The notes beneath the pieces were generated by a model. It was given only the letters and a program-made list of their open reading frames with translations, did no database searches and had not been told where the DNA came from. DNA of 64,000 nt from Octopus sinensis. Taxonomy: Eukaryota. Below are positions 1 through 12,415 of this stretch, in pieces. The stretch's first letter is position 1, and every line of letters begins with the position of its first letter. The position numbers and the translations under genes are program-made. The stretch covers positions 9,672,001 through 9,736,000 of the forward strand of contig NC_043018.1 of NCBI RefSeq assembly GCF_006345805.1, written 5' to 3'.

Positions 1-19
1 ATTATACATACACATATAT

Positions 20-365
20 CCTTAAATAGCAGAATAACTTACCAATATGGGAAGGGACAAAATATTTTTTTTTATTCATTTTTGTTTTTTATTTTTTGTT
101 GCATGTCGGATTTTATGCATAATTAGTAACGGAGCTAGAGTGGCGTCATTTGTTTTGATTGATTAATTAGTTTAATTAATTAATTGCCTGTATAAAACTT
201 TTAACGATATCTCAATTGAATAAATATTAAGTTTTTTTTCCTCACTTTATATTTTTTAATATTATTTCTTTTGGTCTTTAAATGTAATTAGCTTGCAACT
301 GCAGGAGATTTTAAAAGAAGGATCTAATTATGCACCTAATTATCCACAGAGACTCCTTAATATAT
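20..365. repeat. Copy 1 of a roughly 350-bp dispersed non-coding repeat (copy 2 at about 2200-2570, same orientation)
   Basis: Shared blocks cttaaatagc.gaataacttaccaatatgg, aattagtaacggagctagagtggcgtcattt and taattagcttgcaac; both copies end in (TA)n. Confidence 0.75.
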
Positions 366-376
366 GCATATAAGTA

Positions 377-417
<41 letters not shown>

Positions 418-432
418 CATACATACATACAC

Positions 433-1668
433 AGACATGACAGAAGTAAATAGACACCCTTATAATCATTAAAATCTATCTAAATCTGAAATTATATATT
501 CAAATTAGTTATTAATTGTTATAATGTGAATATCTGATATTTCGTAGACATGCCCTTTGCAGTTTTCAGTGCAAGGGCCCTATTAGGCATGTTAATGACC
601 AGATAACGAATGTTCCCTTGCGAATACCTTGCCAAGTTTCATGCAGTCATCTCAAAAGATTCGACTTTGAAGATGCTTTAATGTTTTTATGAAGTGTCCA
701 GTCTATTATACCCAAGAGGTATTCAATAGGGTTCATATCTGGTGACTGGCTTGGCCATGGAAGCTTTTTAATGCCATTCTCTTCCAGCACATCTTGGGCC
801 ATTTTAACCTTGTGACAAGGATCCCTGTCTTCCATAAATAAAGAGTCTTCTGTCATCATTTCGCCACTTGAGAAGATTGGAAGGAGTCCTTTCTGCAATA
901 TGGACATATATTTATCTGAATTTGTTTCCTTCACACTCCACCAGCTCTGATCAACCATTGCTCCAAATTGCTCTCCAGACCATCACAGAATAGCTGCCAT
1001 GTTTCATTGTTGGCTGCAATCTCTTCACATCAAATTCCTGATCACAGAGTCTCCAGACCCACACTTGACCACTGTCAGAAAATATAGCAAATTTGGACTC
1101 ACAGGAGAATATGGCAGTGTCCCAAAATGCTAGTGACCTCTCCACCATCTCACTGGCCCATTCTTTTCTCCGCTTGAAATTGGCTGGTCAAAGAAGTGGC
1201 TTCCTTCTTGCTGTTCTTCCATAGTAACAAAGTTTGTGGAGGTACCTGACAGCTGTTCTGGGACTGATACCAATTTGTTCTGCTATGTCAGAGGCCATGC
1301 AACCAGGATTATCCTCCACACTTCTCTTAGCAAAGAGAAGGGTCCTGTCAGAGGTCCCAGGTCAACATGGGTGAGATGTGGCCGCCTTCCCCTTTCTGGT
1401 GAATTACACAATCACTATTAACTGTAGAAAGTGGGATCCCAAGGTTTTCTGTGACTTTACACTGACTATATCCACCTTCAGAATGTCCCACAATACGGCC
1501 TCTTTGAAATTCGGACATTTCCAAGGCTTCTATTGTACGTGGCATGATTGAAGTCACATGTACAACCTCAAACAAAAATGTCAATTGATAAAAAATACAA
1601 ACCTTTACAAATTAGAATTAACACGAAACGATGTTTTACGGTGTGTCTGCTTACTTCTGTCATGTGTG
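433..1668 (-). mobile_element. Decayed Tc1-family DNA transposon (about 1.24 kb) with fragmented transposase
   Basis: TIRs catgacagaagtaaatagacac (about 436-457) and gtgtctgcttacttctgtcatg (about 1643-1664). Minus-strand ORF pieces carry the HTH region ([12 protein letters not shown]), [26 protein letters not shown] and WPSQSPDMNPIE. Confidence 0.9.
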
Positions 1669-1790
1669 TGTGAGATTCCCCCTTCCTCCTCATCATCATC
1701 ATCAATCTTGGGAAGCAAGATTTTTACCACACAGCCATGCCATATTTATATATATTCATATACATCTCTCTCCTTTCTCTCTCTCTCTGT

Positions 1791-1827
<37 letters not shown>

Positions 1828-2565
1828 GAGAGAGAGAGAGAAAGTGGTTGGTGTTAGGAAGGGCATCCAGCTGTAGAGGCCATGTCAAATCTGACTGGAG
1901 TCTGGTGCAGCCCCTCAGCTTATCAGCCCTGGTCAAACTGTCCAACCATGTCAGAGTGGGCAATGGATATTATACAATGATGACGACAATGATGATGATG
2001 ATATAATATGCCGTAATATATTTGTAGTATAATAAAGCATTAGATGGAAACTCTTAGTGAAAGCACCAAGTTGTAAGCAATCAAATACCATTTTCTAGTT
2101 CTTTGCACTTTAGAAAACTTATTGTTCTTGAAGCATGAAACCCAAATGTTAAACAAGTCTGCCAATTATTCTCTTCATGCCATCATACATACACATACAT
2201 TCTTAAATAGCGGAATAACTTACCAATATGGGGTTTTATGTTAAAACCAAGGGACCAGATATTTTATATATTTTTATATATTGATGTTTGCTTTTTACTT
2301 TTTGTTGCATGTAGGATTTTGTGCATAATTAGTAACGGAGCTAGAGTGGCGTCATTTCTTTTAGTTAGTTAATTAGTTTATTAATTAATTAAGTGCCCGT
2401 ATAAAACTTTTAACGGTGTCTCAATTGAATACATATTAAGTTTTTTTCCACTTTATTTTATATTTTTATATTATTTATTTTGGTCTTTTTGAATAAATGT
2501 AATTAGCTTGCAACCTCAGGAGATTTTAATAGAAGGATCTAATTATTCAGAGACTCATTAATATA

Positions 2566-2600
<35 letters not shown>

Positions 2601-2609
<9 letters not shown>

Positions 2610-2830
2610 TAAATTAGAGACAAAACCACTATTATGCAAATCAAACAAAGAAAGACTTAACCCAATACATAAATTAATTTATATTATTTAGAATTATATT
2701 ATATTATATTATATTATATTATTAATAATTGTTAAATTTCTAAATAATGTAAATTAATTTATGTATTGGATTAAGTCTTTCTTTGTTTGATTTGCATAAT
2801 AGTGGTTTTGTCTCTAATTTAATATAATAT
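2601..2830. repeat. Fold-back inverted repeat, arms of about 93 bp, within (TA)n
   Basis: 2601-2693 and 2738-2830 are reverse complements with about 2 mismatches. Confidence 0.9.
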
Positions 2831-2908
2831 AATATTTTACTATAAAATTGGATTCAATCCTAAATCTGATTTTTCCCTGTAAGTTTGGATTTATTCCCTA
2901 CTATTTAT

Positions 2909-2968
<60 letters not shown>

Positions 2969-3117
2969 ATATAAACATACATACATACACATTAAGAGGG
3001 ATGACCACTAAGTGGTATATATTATCATCATCATATGCACACACATGCGTAAATATACACATACATAAGTATATATATGATATGTATATATATATATATA
3101 TATATAATATATATAAT

Positions 3118-3240
3118 ATGTTGAAGAACGTAGGCTCAAAACGTAAAACACTTCTCCATTTTTCCCAAGCGTCAAACTAATACATTTGCTTGTTGTTCCT
3201 ACACCTGCCTTCGTCTTTATTTTTCTATAAATTTGAACTA
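3118..3240 (+). mobile_element. Penelope-type pLTR-like fragment with degenerate hammerhead fold
   Basis: atgttgaagaacgtaggctcaaaacgtaaaac is homologous to the copies at 7381-7572 and 57196-57365; flanked by (TA)n. Confidence 0.6.
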
Positions 3241-3454
3241 TGTATGTGTGTGCGTGTATACATATATATATATATATATTATATATGTATGTATACAGAC
3301 AGACATATGTATGTATACACACACACATTCAAAAACACACATATGTATATATGTATATACATATATGTATGTACAGCATGCAATGGGTAAATTGTTGCCA
3401 TTTTATATTTTTAATTACATGCATGTGCATTGTTTGTTTTTGATTTTGTCAACT

Positions 3455-4140
3455 ACACAGTAAGGTAGGGTCAGTTGGGCACCATCTGTGAGAAAAGCAG
3501 CACCCTGATGCAATTCACTCTGCCAGAAATTTGGAAACGACATGCTGTACTGCTTGGCATTCACACTAGAAACTCCAATACGAACATTTCGGAATGTTTG
3601 GGCGTCAATCTGAGGACATGTACCGAGAGTGATAAAAATCAAACACCCTGTCGACATCATGGTGTTTGGAGTGAACACTAGTGATAGTGACGTTATGCCT
3701 CCATTCATTTTCCCACATGGCCTCACACTCAACATGGAGTCCTACATCAAGTGTCTGGATGTGATAGTGCTGCCCTGGGTTAAGGGAGTGGTTGCAAGAA
3801 GACCCTATGTTTGGCAACAGGACTCTGTACCATACCACACACAAGCAAGAGAACCCATTCATGTCTGTCAGTCAATTTCTGTGACCACATCACCCCCTAA
3901 TATCTGACCACCTAACTCCCCAGGCTGCAACCCCCTGGGTGCAGCTGAGTGAGAGACTAACAAAACTCCTTCCAACATCAAAGATGATCTGAAGGCAAAG
4001 ATTATGGCAGCATTTACCAACTTAAACAAGGAGACCATCCAGAAGAGTTGTAGGAGATTCTGAAGTCATCTGGAGACTGTGGTTGAAACCAATGGTGATT
4101 TTATTGAATAAATTTACTCTTTAGTATTTCAAGATATTTT
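3455..4140 (+). mobile_element. Internally deleted maT/DD37D-like (Tc1-mariner superfamily) transposase remnant
   Basis: KHPVDIMVFGV...VMPPFIF..GL, YVWQQDSVPYHT, PPNSPGCNPL and C-terminal FRSHLE.VV..NGDFIE*-like residues, with stops. Confidence 0.8.
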
Positions 4141-4227
4141 TATGTTTTTTTTTTGCTTTTTTCTTTTTGCTGTGACACTCCAATCAGTGTTATTTAATTA
4201 GTTTGTTGTTTTTCTCTCTAATTGCAG

Positions 4228-4338
4228 ACGTTTGAAACTGAAATGTCGTCCAGAGCATGTTACTTAATTAAACGCCCAAAGGTTTTTGAAAGTGTTTACC
4301 GAGGTGAAGACATAGAAGTGGCCTCTCGACTTCACAAG
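4228..4338 (+). CDS. Plakin-family gene, first exon seen in window (TFETEMSSRACYLIKRPKVFESVYRGEDIEVASRLHK), phase 0-0; 5' exons presumably upstream of the window
   Basis: Pyrimidine tract + ttgcag| acceptor, AAG|gtaggt donor, 111 nt open. Joins in frame to 13224, giving the helix that precedes the plakin W-S-W motif. Confidence 0.75.
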
Positions 4339-4359
4339 GTAGGTCGAAAGATATTTCTC

Positions 4360-4934
4360 TATTCTGTTGTGTCTGGGGAGAGTCATTGGATCTTTTCAGT
4401 TTGAACGGCAGTTTCTTAAAATATTTTCCACGTAACTAAAAAATTTAAAACTTCGTATACTGGTAGAATGTGTTTATAAAACATCTTTTTCTCTTGGCTT
4501 TATTGAGAAAATTCTATTGTTTGTAAGATATATGTTGTTTTTTTCCTTCAATTTCTGCAATTTCAACCAATCAATGACGTCTATTGGGGTGAAAACATTC
4601 TGTGCCGTATGAATATGTCTCTCGTTTAAGAAACAGATTGGGTTTATTTACATTTGTGAAGAAAAAAAGATACCCTTCCCCCCACCCCTAACCCTAACCC
4701 TAAAACAGATTGAACTGCAACAGATCGATACTAGGGTCATAATTATGAGTGACAATTTCATATGACACCGCTAGAAAAAACTGCCGTTCAAACCGAAAAG
4801 ATCTGAGTCATTTTCTTTTTGTGCCTTATAATTTAACCCACTCACCGGTAAAATTTCCACTTATTTCTTACCGGTGAGTGTGTTAAATTATAAGGCACAA
4901 AAAGAAAATGACTCTGCCAAGACACAACAGAATA
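4360..4934. repeat. Fold-back hairpin (arms about 75 bp) whose left arm is interrupted by the MITE
   Basis: tattctgttgtgtct..gagtcatt [MITE] gagtcattttctttttgtgccttataatttaac.cactcaccggtaa pairs with ttaccggtgagtg.gttaaattataaggcacaaaaagaaaatgactc...agacacaacagaata. Confidence 0.85.
4388..4804 (+). mobile_element. MITE with about 28-bp TIRs, 8-bp TSD (GAGTCATT) and internal (CCCTAA) repeats; Merlin/hAT-like
   Basis: ggatcttttcagtttgaacggcagtt ... aactgccgttcaaaccgaaaagatct. The TSD is at 4380-4387 and 4805-4812. An inverted copy lies at 45186-45594. Confidence 0.88.
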
Positions 4935-5511
4935 TGCTTCAACACACGAACTCATATAAAGAATCTTGCAAACCAAATCCAAAAACGAAATATTTCTGTA
5001 TTAATCACAATAAAATAGGAAAGCTTACAGCCACTGTTGGTGTGCATCCTTGATAAATTCACTGAATCTGCACAAATGATTTGTTTTGTAGGGATCGAAT
5101 GTTCGAGACGCGAATTATCTCTTTCTCTGTCTCTCTCTAACAAATCGACGTTGTCTGAACAAGTGAACGGTGTACCACGTGTCATGTGTCGAAGTGGTCG
5201 CAGAGCAACGTGAAATGAAGTGTTTTGCTCCAGAACGCAACGCACTGCCTGGACTAGAAATTGAAATCGTGATCTCGCGATCGGGAGTGCAACCCCCTAA
5301 CCACTAGGACACACACATTTCTAGTTAGCTAATTAATACACCAATTTGTATGTAGTTTCCCCCCATTAACATAATTTAGTTTTAATGAATTTTTCTGCCT
5401 TTCTATCTGTCTACCTACCTACCTACCTACCTACCTAGTAGTTTTATAGCTTCTAGCTTTCTAGCAAGATAGCTGTTTCTCATTCTTTCTATCTGCCTAA
5501 ATGCTTGTCGA

Positions 5512-5588
<77 letters not shown>

Positions 5589-5643
5589 TTACTACCTACC
5601 TACCTACCTACCTACCTACCTACCTACCTACCTACCTACCTAT

Positions 5644-5695
<52 letters not shown>

Positions 5696-5700
5696 CTATC

Positions 5701-5742
<42 letters not shown>

Positions 5743-6189
5743 TTACCTACCTACCTACCTACCTACCTACCAACCTACCTACCCACCAATACCCACCCAC
5801 CCATCCACCCACCAATCCATCTATCCATCCATCTATCCATCCATCCGTCCGTCCATCTATCCATCCATCCACGCACCGACCTGTCTGTGAGTCTGTATGT
5901 CTGTCCCCTCTCTTTTTCTTTCCCCCTATCCATCTATCTACCTCCTATACACACACCAGCCTCTCTGTCTCTCTCCCTTTCTCCCTCTCCATCCCCCCTC
6001 TCTCTCTCTTTAACTACTTTCCCACTTGTACATATATTTCTCTTCAGTCATTCAATACAGTTTGTACAAAATATATTAACACCAACTTAAGATATTGGAA
6101 TATAGTGAAGCTGTATGTCAGCCAGGTAGCTACAGAAGAGGTTGTTGAAATGGTATTTACATACTTGTAGCTGATAAGAGGGAAATCCT

Positions 6190-6223
<34 letters not shown>

Positions 6224-6570
6224 GGAGAGAGAGGGGGGGCGGGCAAAGCGGGAGAGAGGAAACCCCATAAAACACGATGCTATTAGGAGAAACTGCTGTA
6301 CACCTTGTTTTATTATTTTAATATGAGTTTTGTCTATATTAATGTGAATGGATGGAGGCGGTGGTGTTGTGTGTGGGGGGGACTAGTCTTTAGTGAATTA
6401 ACTGATCTGTCTTTCATTATTAATAAGAACGAAACGAAACGATTGATTGCCTCTTATCAAAGGGAGTTTGGTTGTGTATATGTGAATATGTGTATATCTA
6501 AAGATTTTGTGTGTGTTTGTGAGGAATGTGAAGGTTGCGTATGAAGGAGATTGTGTGTGTGTATATATAT

Positions 6571-6610
<40 letters not shown>

Positions 6611-7324
6611 TGTGTGTGTGTGTGTCTAAGGGAGATTGTGTGTGTGTCGAGGAGTCGTGTGTGTGTCTGGGGGAGATTGTGTATGTCAAGGAGTCGTGTG
6701 TGTGTGTCTGAGGCAGGTTGTGTGTTCATGTGTGAGGGAGGTTGTGTGCGTGTGTATAAGAAGGATTGTGTGTCTGAGGGAGGTTTTTTTGTGCGTGTGT
6801 GTAAGGAAGGTTTTGTGTCTGTGTAAAAGAGAGCGTATGTATGTGTGTGTGTAAGGAGGGTTGTGTGTGTGTGTGTGTGTGTGTTGTGTACTGTATGGTC
6901 ATGTAATGTGAGAGAAGCTGAGAGAGGAGAACTAAAACTGAAAGAAAATATAAAAATGCCGTAAAAAGGCAGAGGAAGAAAAATGGCCATAAACTAGTGG
7001 TGGGTGTAATCGGAGATGTGATAATGACTCTGCTTTATTAACATAGAGATATGGAATATAATGTGTGTGTGTGTGTTTATGATGGTGATGATGATGATGA
7101 TGATGATGATAATGATGGTGGCGGTTATGCTGCTGATTTATTGGTGGCGGCGGCAGCAGCGGTTGCAGGGGTAATGGTGGTGGTGGTGTTGGAGCTATTC
7201 AGGGGTAAATTCTAAAGTAATCTGCCTTCTATTTTGCCTTCCTTCCGTGACTGCTCTTGTTGTTATACACCAAAACAGCCATCTACGTATCATACTTAAT
7301 GTATGTATATATATATATATAATA

Positions 7325-7380
<56 letters not shown>

Positions 7381-7572
7381 AAGGCAAAGTTTACGAAAAA
7401 AAACAAAAGACGAAGACAGGTGGTGTACAAACAAACAGATGTATTAGTATAACGCTCAGGAATAGAAAAAGTCTTTTACGTTTCGAGCCTACGCTCTTCT
7501 ACAGAAAGGGACACAGAAAAAAAAAAACAAGGAGAGAAAAAAATGCGTGTAGGAGCTAACGATCTATCATGG
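7381..7572 (-). mobile_element. Penelope-type pLTR-like element abutting (TA)n
   Basis: Contains the hammerhead fold at 7471-7510. Homologous copies at 3118, 57196 and about 60110-60175. Confidence 0.65.
7471..7510 (-). ncRNA. Minimal type I hammerhead-like ribozyme, A6U core variant
   Basis: Minus strand: cttt-CUGUAGA-A-GAGC(guag)GCUC-GAAAC-GUA-aaag. Stem I, stem II and a palindromic ACGU stem III are present. Confidence 0.6.
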
Positions 7573-7769
7573 CACACTGCTGACAAGCCAGTTACTGCAG
7601 TGTTTGTCCAGAGTCAACATCCTTTATTTTCTTACTGCATTAAAAAAATAATACATCAATAAATATCACAGTATACTCATAAGAGATGTTATCTTCTGGA
7701 CAAACTAATCACTGTGTATATATGGCCACACAAACGTGCATATATAATCACAAATTAAAAGCATAGATC

Positions 7770-8330
7770 ATTATTATTTAAGACATCGCACAGTATCCAA
7801 TATCATGATGTTGATTGAAGTTATTGTGTCTACCGGGGCTTTGTGCTGTCTGTGAAGTCACAACATGAACCTCAAACAGACAGTACTTTACGCAAAATGC
7901 ATGCAGTTCCAAGTAATGCCGACTTTTGCAATACATCTAGATTGTAGGGTATCTCTAAAGTTTCCAGATGTTTCTTCAGGTTGGGTGGTATTGAACTCAC
8001 TACTCTGCTGACAACAGGGATAACCTTTATGTTTGACTCTCGTAGCTGCCACATCTTGTCAATCTCAGTTCTCAGGTCTCAATATTTATCAATCTTTTCT
8101 CTTTCTTTCATGATAATATGTTGATCTCCTGGCACTGCCATGTCAATTATCAGGCACTCTTGTTTGTCCCCCCCTAAAGGTTACTATATCCAGCTTCAAT
8201 AATCTAACATCTAGTCTGTCTGGAAACCAAAGTCCCAGAGGATTTTTGCATTTCCCTTTTCGTCCATTACCTTTTCTGGTGTATGTTGGCAACCTCATGT
8301 CCATACTTCCAGCATAGTAGCCAGCGGAGA
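7770..8330 (-). mobile_element. 3' end of an RLE-bearing (R4/Dong/NeSL-like) non-LTR retrotransposon ending in (TAA)n
   Basis: Minus strand: W.FQTD...LDIV...CLIIDMAVPGD....KEREKIDKY.DLR.EI.KMWQ...VIPVV...LQKSALLGTACILRKVL. The 3' UTR ends at aataataat. Confidence 0.85.
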
Positions 8331-9003
8331 TTTTGGGCTACTTTGTCATGTCTGTGCTAGACCTCATCAGTGATGGTGCTACATAAAAAGTACCCACCTG
8401 ACTCTCTAAAGTGGTTGGCATTAGGAAGGGGCGGCGAGTTGGCAGAAATGTTAGCACGCCGGGCGAAATGCTTAACTGTATTTCGTCTGTCGTTATGTTC
8501 CAACTTCAAATTCCGCCGAGGTCAACTTTGCCTTTCATCCTTTCGGGGTCGATAAATTAAGTACCATTTACGCACTTGGGTTGATGTAAACGATTTAATC
8601 CCTTTGTCTGTCCTTGTTTGTCCCCTCTGTGTTTAGCTCCTTTTGGGTAGTAAAAAAAAAAAAAGGAAGGGCATCCTGTTGTTGACCAAAACAGACAGTG
8701 AGGCCTGGTGTAGGCTTTTAGCTTGCTAGCTCCTGTCAGACTTTCCAACCTGTGCCTGCATGGAAAACAGACATTAAATGATGACGACGATGATGGTGCC
8801 CTTCCTGTCACCAACCTTCACCTGTTTCCAAACAAAGTAATATTTTCCCCATGGCTGGACATGTAGTCACAGAATATCTGAGATGTATGACACTGCTTGT
8901 ATGACAGTGGCAACCATTTTATGACCATCATGCAATGTTGGGACAAAGAACCACAAACACGCACTTACAGATACATACGTGCACACACACACACACACAC
9001 ACA

Positions 9004-9494
9004 CCTCTTATCTTTTATTTGTTTTAGTCATTAGACTGCAGCCATGCTGGAGCAATACCTTGAAGAATTTTAGTCAAATGAATTGACCCTATTACTTCTT
9101 TGTTTTTTTTTTAAAGCCGGGTACTTATTTTGTCGATCATTTTTGCTGAACTGTCAAGTCACAGGGATGTAAACACATCAATACCAGTTGTCAAGTGGTC
9201 ATTTCGGACAAACACAGACACAAAGACACACACAGATATATATGCATTACTCACACACACATGCATACATGGTGGTTGGCTACTCCTTAAGCAGAGTTTG
9301 ACCACCTCCTGTACCTACACCTTAAAACCATCATGGCGTCTGATGTGGCTTTTTAAACCAGACAATGTTTTGAAAAGACACCCACATAGATTGCATATCC
9401 CAAAATGGACCACCAAGAGCTGCAGATAAGTTCTGATCTTTGTGGATCTTAAAAATAGCTTTTGTGGCCTCCATTAGATTTGCAGACCTTCTGG

Positions 9495-9525
<31 letters not shown>

Positions 9526-10040
9526 CTCTTATCTTTTATTGTTTTAGTCATTAGACTGCAGCCATGCTGGAGCAATACCTTGAAGAATTTTAGTCAAATG
9601 AATTGACCCTATTACTTCTTTGTTTTTTTTTTAAAGCTGGGTACTTATTTTGTCGATCATTTTTGCTGAACTGTCAAGTCACAGGGATGTAAACACATCA
9701 ATACCAGTTGTCAAGTGGTCATTTCAGACAAACACAGACACAAAGACACACACAGATATATATGCATTACTCACACACACATGCATACATGGTGGTTGGC
9801 TACTCCTTAAGCAGAGTTTGACCACCTCCTGTACCTACACCTTAAAACCATCATGGCGTCTGATGTGGCTTTTTAAACCAGACAATGTTTTGAAAAGACA
9901 CCCACATAGATTGCATATCCCAAAATGGACCACCAAGAGCTGCAGATAAGTTCTGATCTTTGTGGATCTTAAAAATAGCTTTTGTGGCCTCCATTAGATT
10001 TGCAGACCTTCTGGCATACACACACACACACACACAGATG
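9004..10040. repeat. Near-perfect tandem duplication of a roughly 520-bp unit bounded by (CA)n
   Basis: 9004-9524 versus 9525-about 10040. I found two substitutions and a 1-nt indel; the duplicated ORFs at 9130 and 9650 differ by one residue. Confidence 0.95.
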
Positions 10041-10282
10041 TACACACACACACACATGTGTGTGTGTGTATATGGGGTGTGCTGAAAAATTCTTGGTTTT
10101 GGGTGAAATCAGGGGAATCAGTTAATTATGATTTTATTCAACGTATTCCCCTCTCAGATTCAGACACTTATTGCAGTGCTCCTTAAGTTTTTCTTAGCCC
10201 TGTAAAAGGGCTCGGATGGTTGCACCTCCAACCAGGCCTTTCATGACACCCTTAAAGCTAGGAACTTGTCAGCACCCTCTTG

Positions 10283-10315
<33 letters not shown>

Positions 10316-12006
10316 GATAGACTTCTTTCTGTTTTCCACCACCAGATCCATTCACAAGGCTTTGGTCAACCTGGAGCTGTAATAGAAGACACCTGTCCAT
10401 GGTGCCATGCAATAGGATTGAACCCAGAGCCATATTGGGAAGCAAAATTCTTACCACACAGCCATTCCTATACACATACACAATATGCAATCATTTTGTT
10501 AGCTATATATATGCTGTTTTGCAGTTATATACACAGTTTTGTTTCTATACACACACACACACACACATACTCACATTTTGTTGCTATACACACAAGCCGT
10601 TTCATGACTATCCACATAGTTTTGCACCTAGATACACCCCGTTTCATGCTGTAGTAACATTGAAAAACTTTGGAGTTTATTTCTTTGCTAGTGTGGAGAG
10701 TGATGTTTCCTACCAAAATCTCATTCCTGCTATCAAAACATCTCTGTCTTCATCTTGAATTTCAACGATAAACTTCTTTGACTGTAATCTATCCCTGATA
10801 TACAAATAAAAGTCTTTCCTCATCTTGAATTTCTGTGATAAATCCCTTTATCTCTCTATTATCTCTGATAATCATTTAAACACCCTGCTTTCATTTACCC
10901 CACAGTTCCACACTCTATTTTAACCATTTCTTAAATTTCATTTCTTAAGTCTTTGAATCTGCTGTCTCAATGTGTTGTAAGAATTTCTCAACTCTTTGAC
11001 TCAGAAATTCCGCTCTATTTTTTTAGCCATTTCTGATCTCTTGCTTCTCAAATCTCTGGCTTATATCATTCCACTCTATTTTAAAAATTTCACTCTAATT
11101 TAACCATTTAGATGCAAGCTTTAAAACCATATGGTCTTGGGTTCAATCCCACAGCATGGTACCTTGGACAAGTGGTCTCCTACACTTGTTCCAGGCCAAC
11201 AAAAGCTTTATAAGTGGATTTGGTAAGCAGAAACTGTGTTTGTGTGTATATTTGTGTCTATATATCATCATCATCATCATCGTTTAACGTCCGCTCTCCA
11301 TGCTAGCATGGGTTGGACGGTTCGACCGGGGATCTGGGAAGCCAGAAGGCTGCACCAGGCTCCAGTCTTATCTGGCAATGTTTCTACAGCTGGATGCCCT
11401 TCCTAACGCCAACCACTCCATGAGTGTAGTGGGTGCTTTTTACGTGCCGCCTGCACAGGCGTGCCACCTGCACAGCATATATAATCTAAATAAATAGAAG
11501 ATCCATGGATCAAGGTGTAGGAAGTAAGTTAGCTTCAAGCAATCTGTAGTAAATATAAAAAACAACTTTCAGGGACAATAGTGGATTATTTGAGATGGAA
11601 GGTTGTGGATTTTTTTGTATTGAGGTATGATAAATTGAAAAAAGTTCTTTTTATATTTCATGGTAGGCAATTGACCCTCCATAAATCCCAAATTTTATTT
11701 TGGCACATATGGGAGCAACTGTCTTCAAAGACTCATATTGTTGTTCAATGCTCAAAATGAGGAGTAGATAGATGGCTGGCAACTGACGAAGGGTCATTCC
11801 TTATGCCACTTGTCCTGTTTTTCATTTGTTTCTCTTGTTGTTTACTGTTTGATGACATCCTGTAACCATGTGTGTGTGTGTGTGCATGTATGTGTATATA
11901 TATACATACACACACACACACATACATGAATATTTATATTATCTATATATAAATATATATATATATATTTATATATAGAAAAATAATATAAATATATATA
12001 TATATA

Positions 12007-12415
12007 GGCGCAGGAGTGACTGTGTGGTAAGTAGCTGGCTAACCAACCACATGGTTCCGGGTTCAGTCCCACTGCGTGGCATCTTGGGCAAGTGTCTTCT
12101 GCTATAGCCCCGGGCCGACCAATGCCTTGTGAGTGGATTTGGTAGACGGAAACTGAAAGAAGCCTGTCGTATATATGTATATATATGTATATGTGTGTGT
12201 TTGTGTGTCTGTGTTTGTCCCCCTAGCATTGCTTGACAACCAATGCTGGTGTGTTTACGTCCCCGTCACTTAGCAGTTTGGCAAAAGAGACCGATAGAAT
12301 AAGTACTAGGCTTACAAAGAATAAGTCCCGGAATCGATTTCCTCGACTAAAGGCGGTGCTCCAGCATGGCCGCAGTCAAATGACTGAAACAAGTAAAAGA
12401 ATAAAAGAGTAAAGA
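12007..12415 (+). mobile_element. tRNA-derived SINE family A, full-length copy
   Basis: A-box tgactgtgtgg and B-box ggttcagtccc, central (TA/TG)n, tail gactgaaacaagtaaaaga. About 25 copies, e.g. + at 17252, 18819, 23932, 26150, 49815, 52612, 58496, 60525, 62180 and - at 17820, 21715, 25090, 31040, 33035, 39761, 41450, 48790, 50760. Confidence 0.9.

Noticed and set aside
4678-4704. CCCTAA repeats as a telomere or chromosome fusion scar
   Set aside because: Only 2-3 units and internal to a dispersed MITE.
5501-6170. YLSI/YLPT repeat ORFs
   Set aside because: (ATCT)n/(ACCT)n tetranucleotide repeats.
12007-12080. tRNA-like A/B boxes suggesting tRNA genes
   Set aside because: These are SINE heads: multi-copy, followed by SINE body and tail, with no complete cloverleaf.
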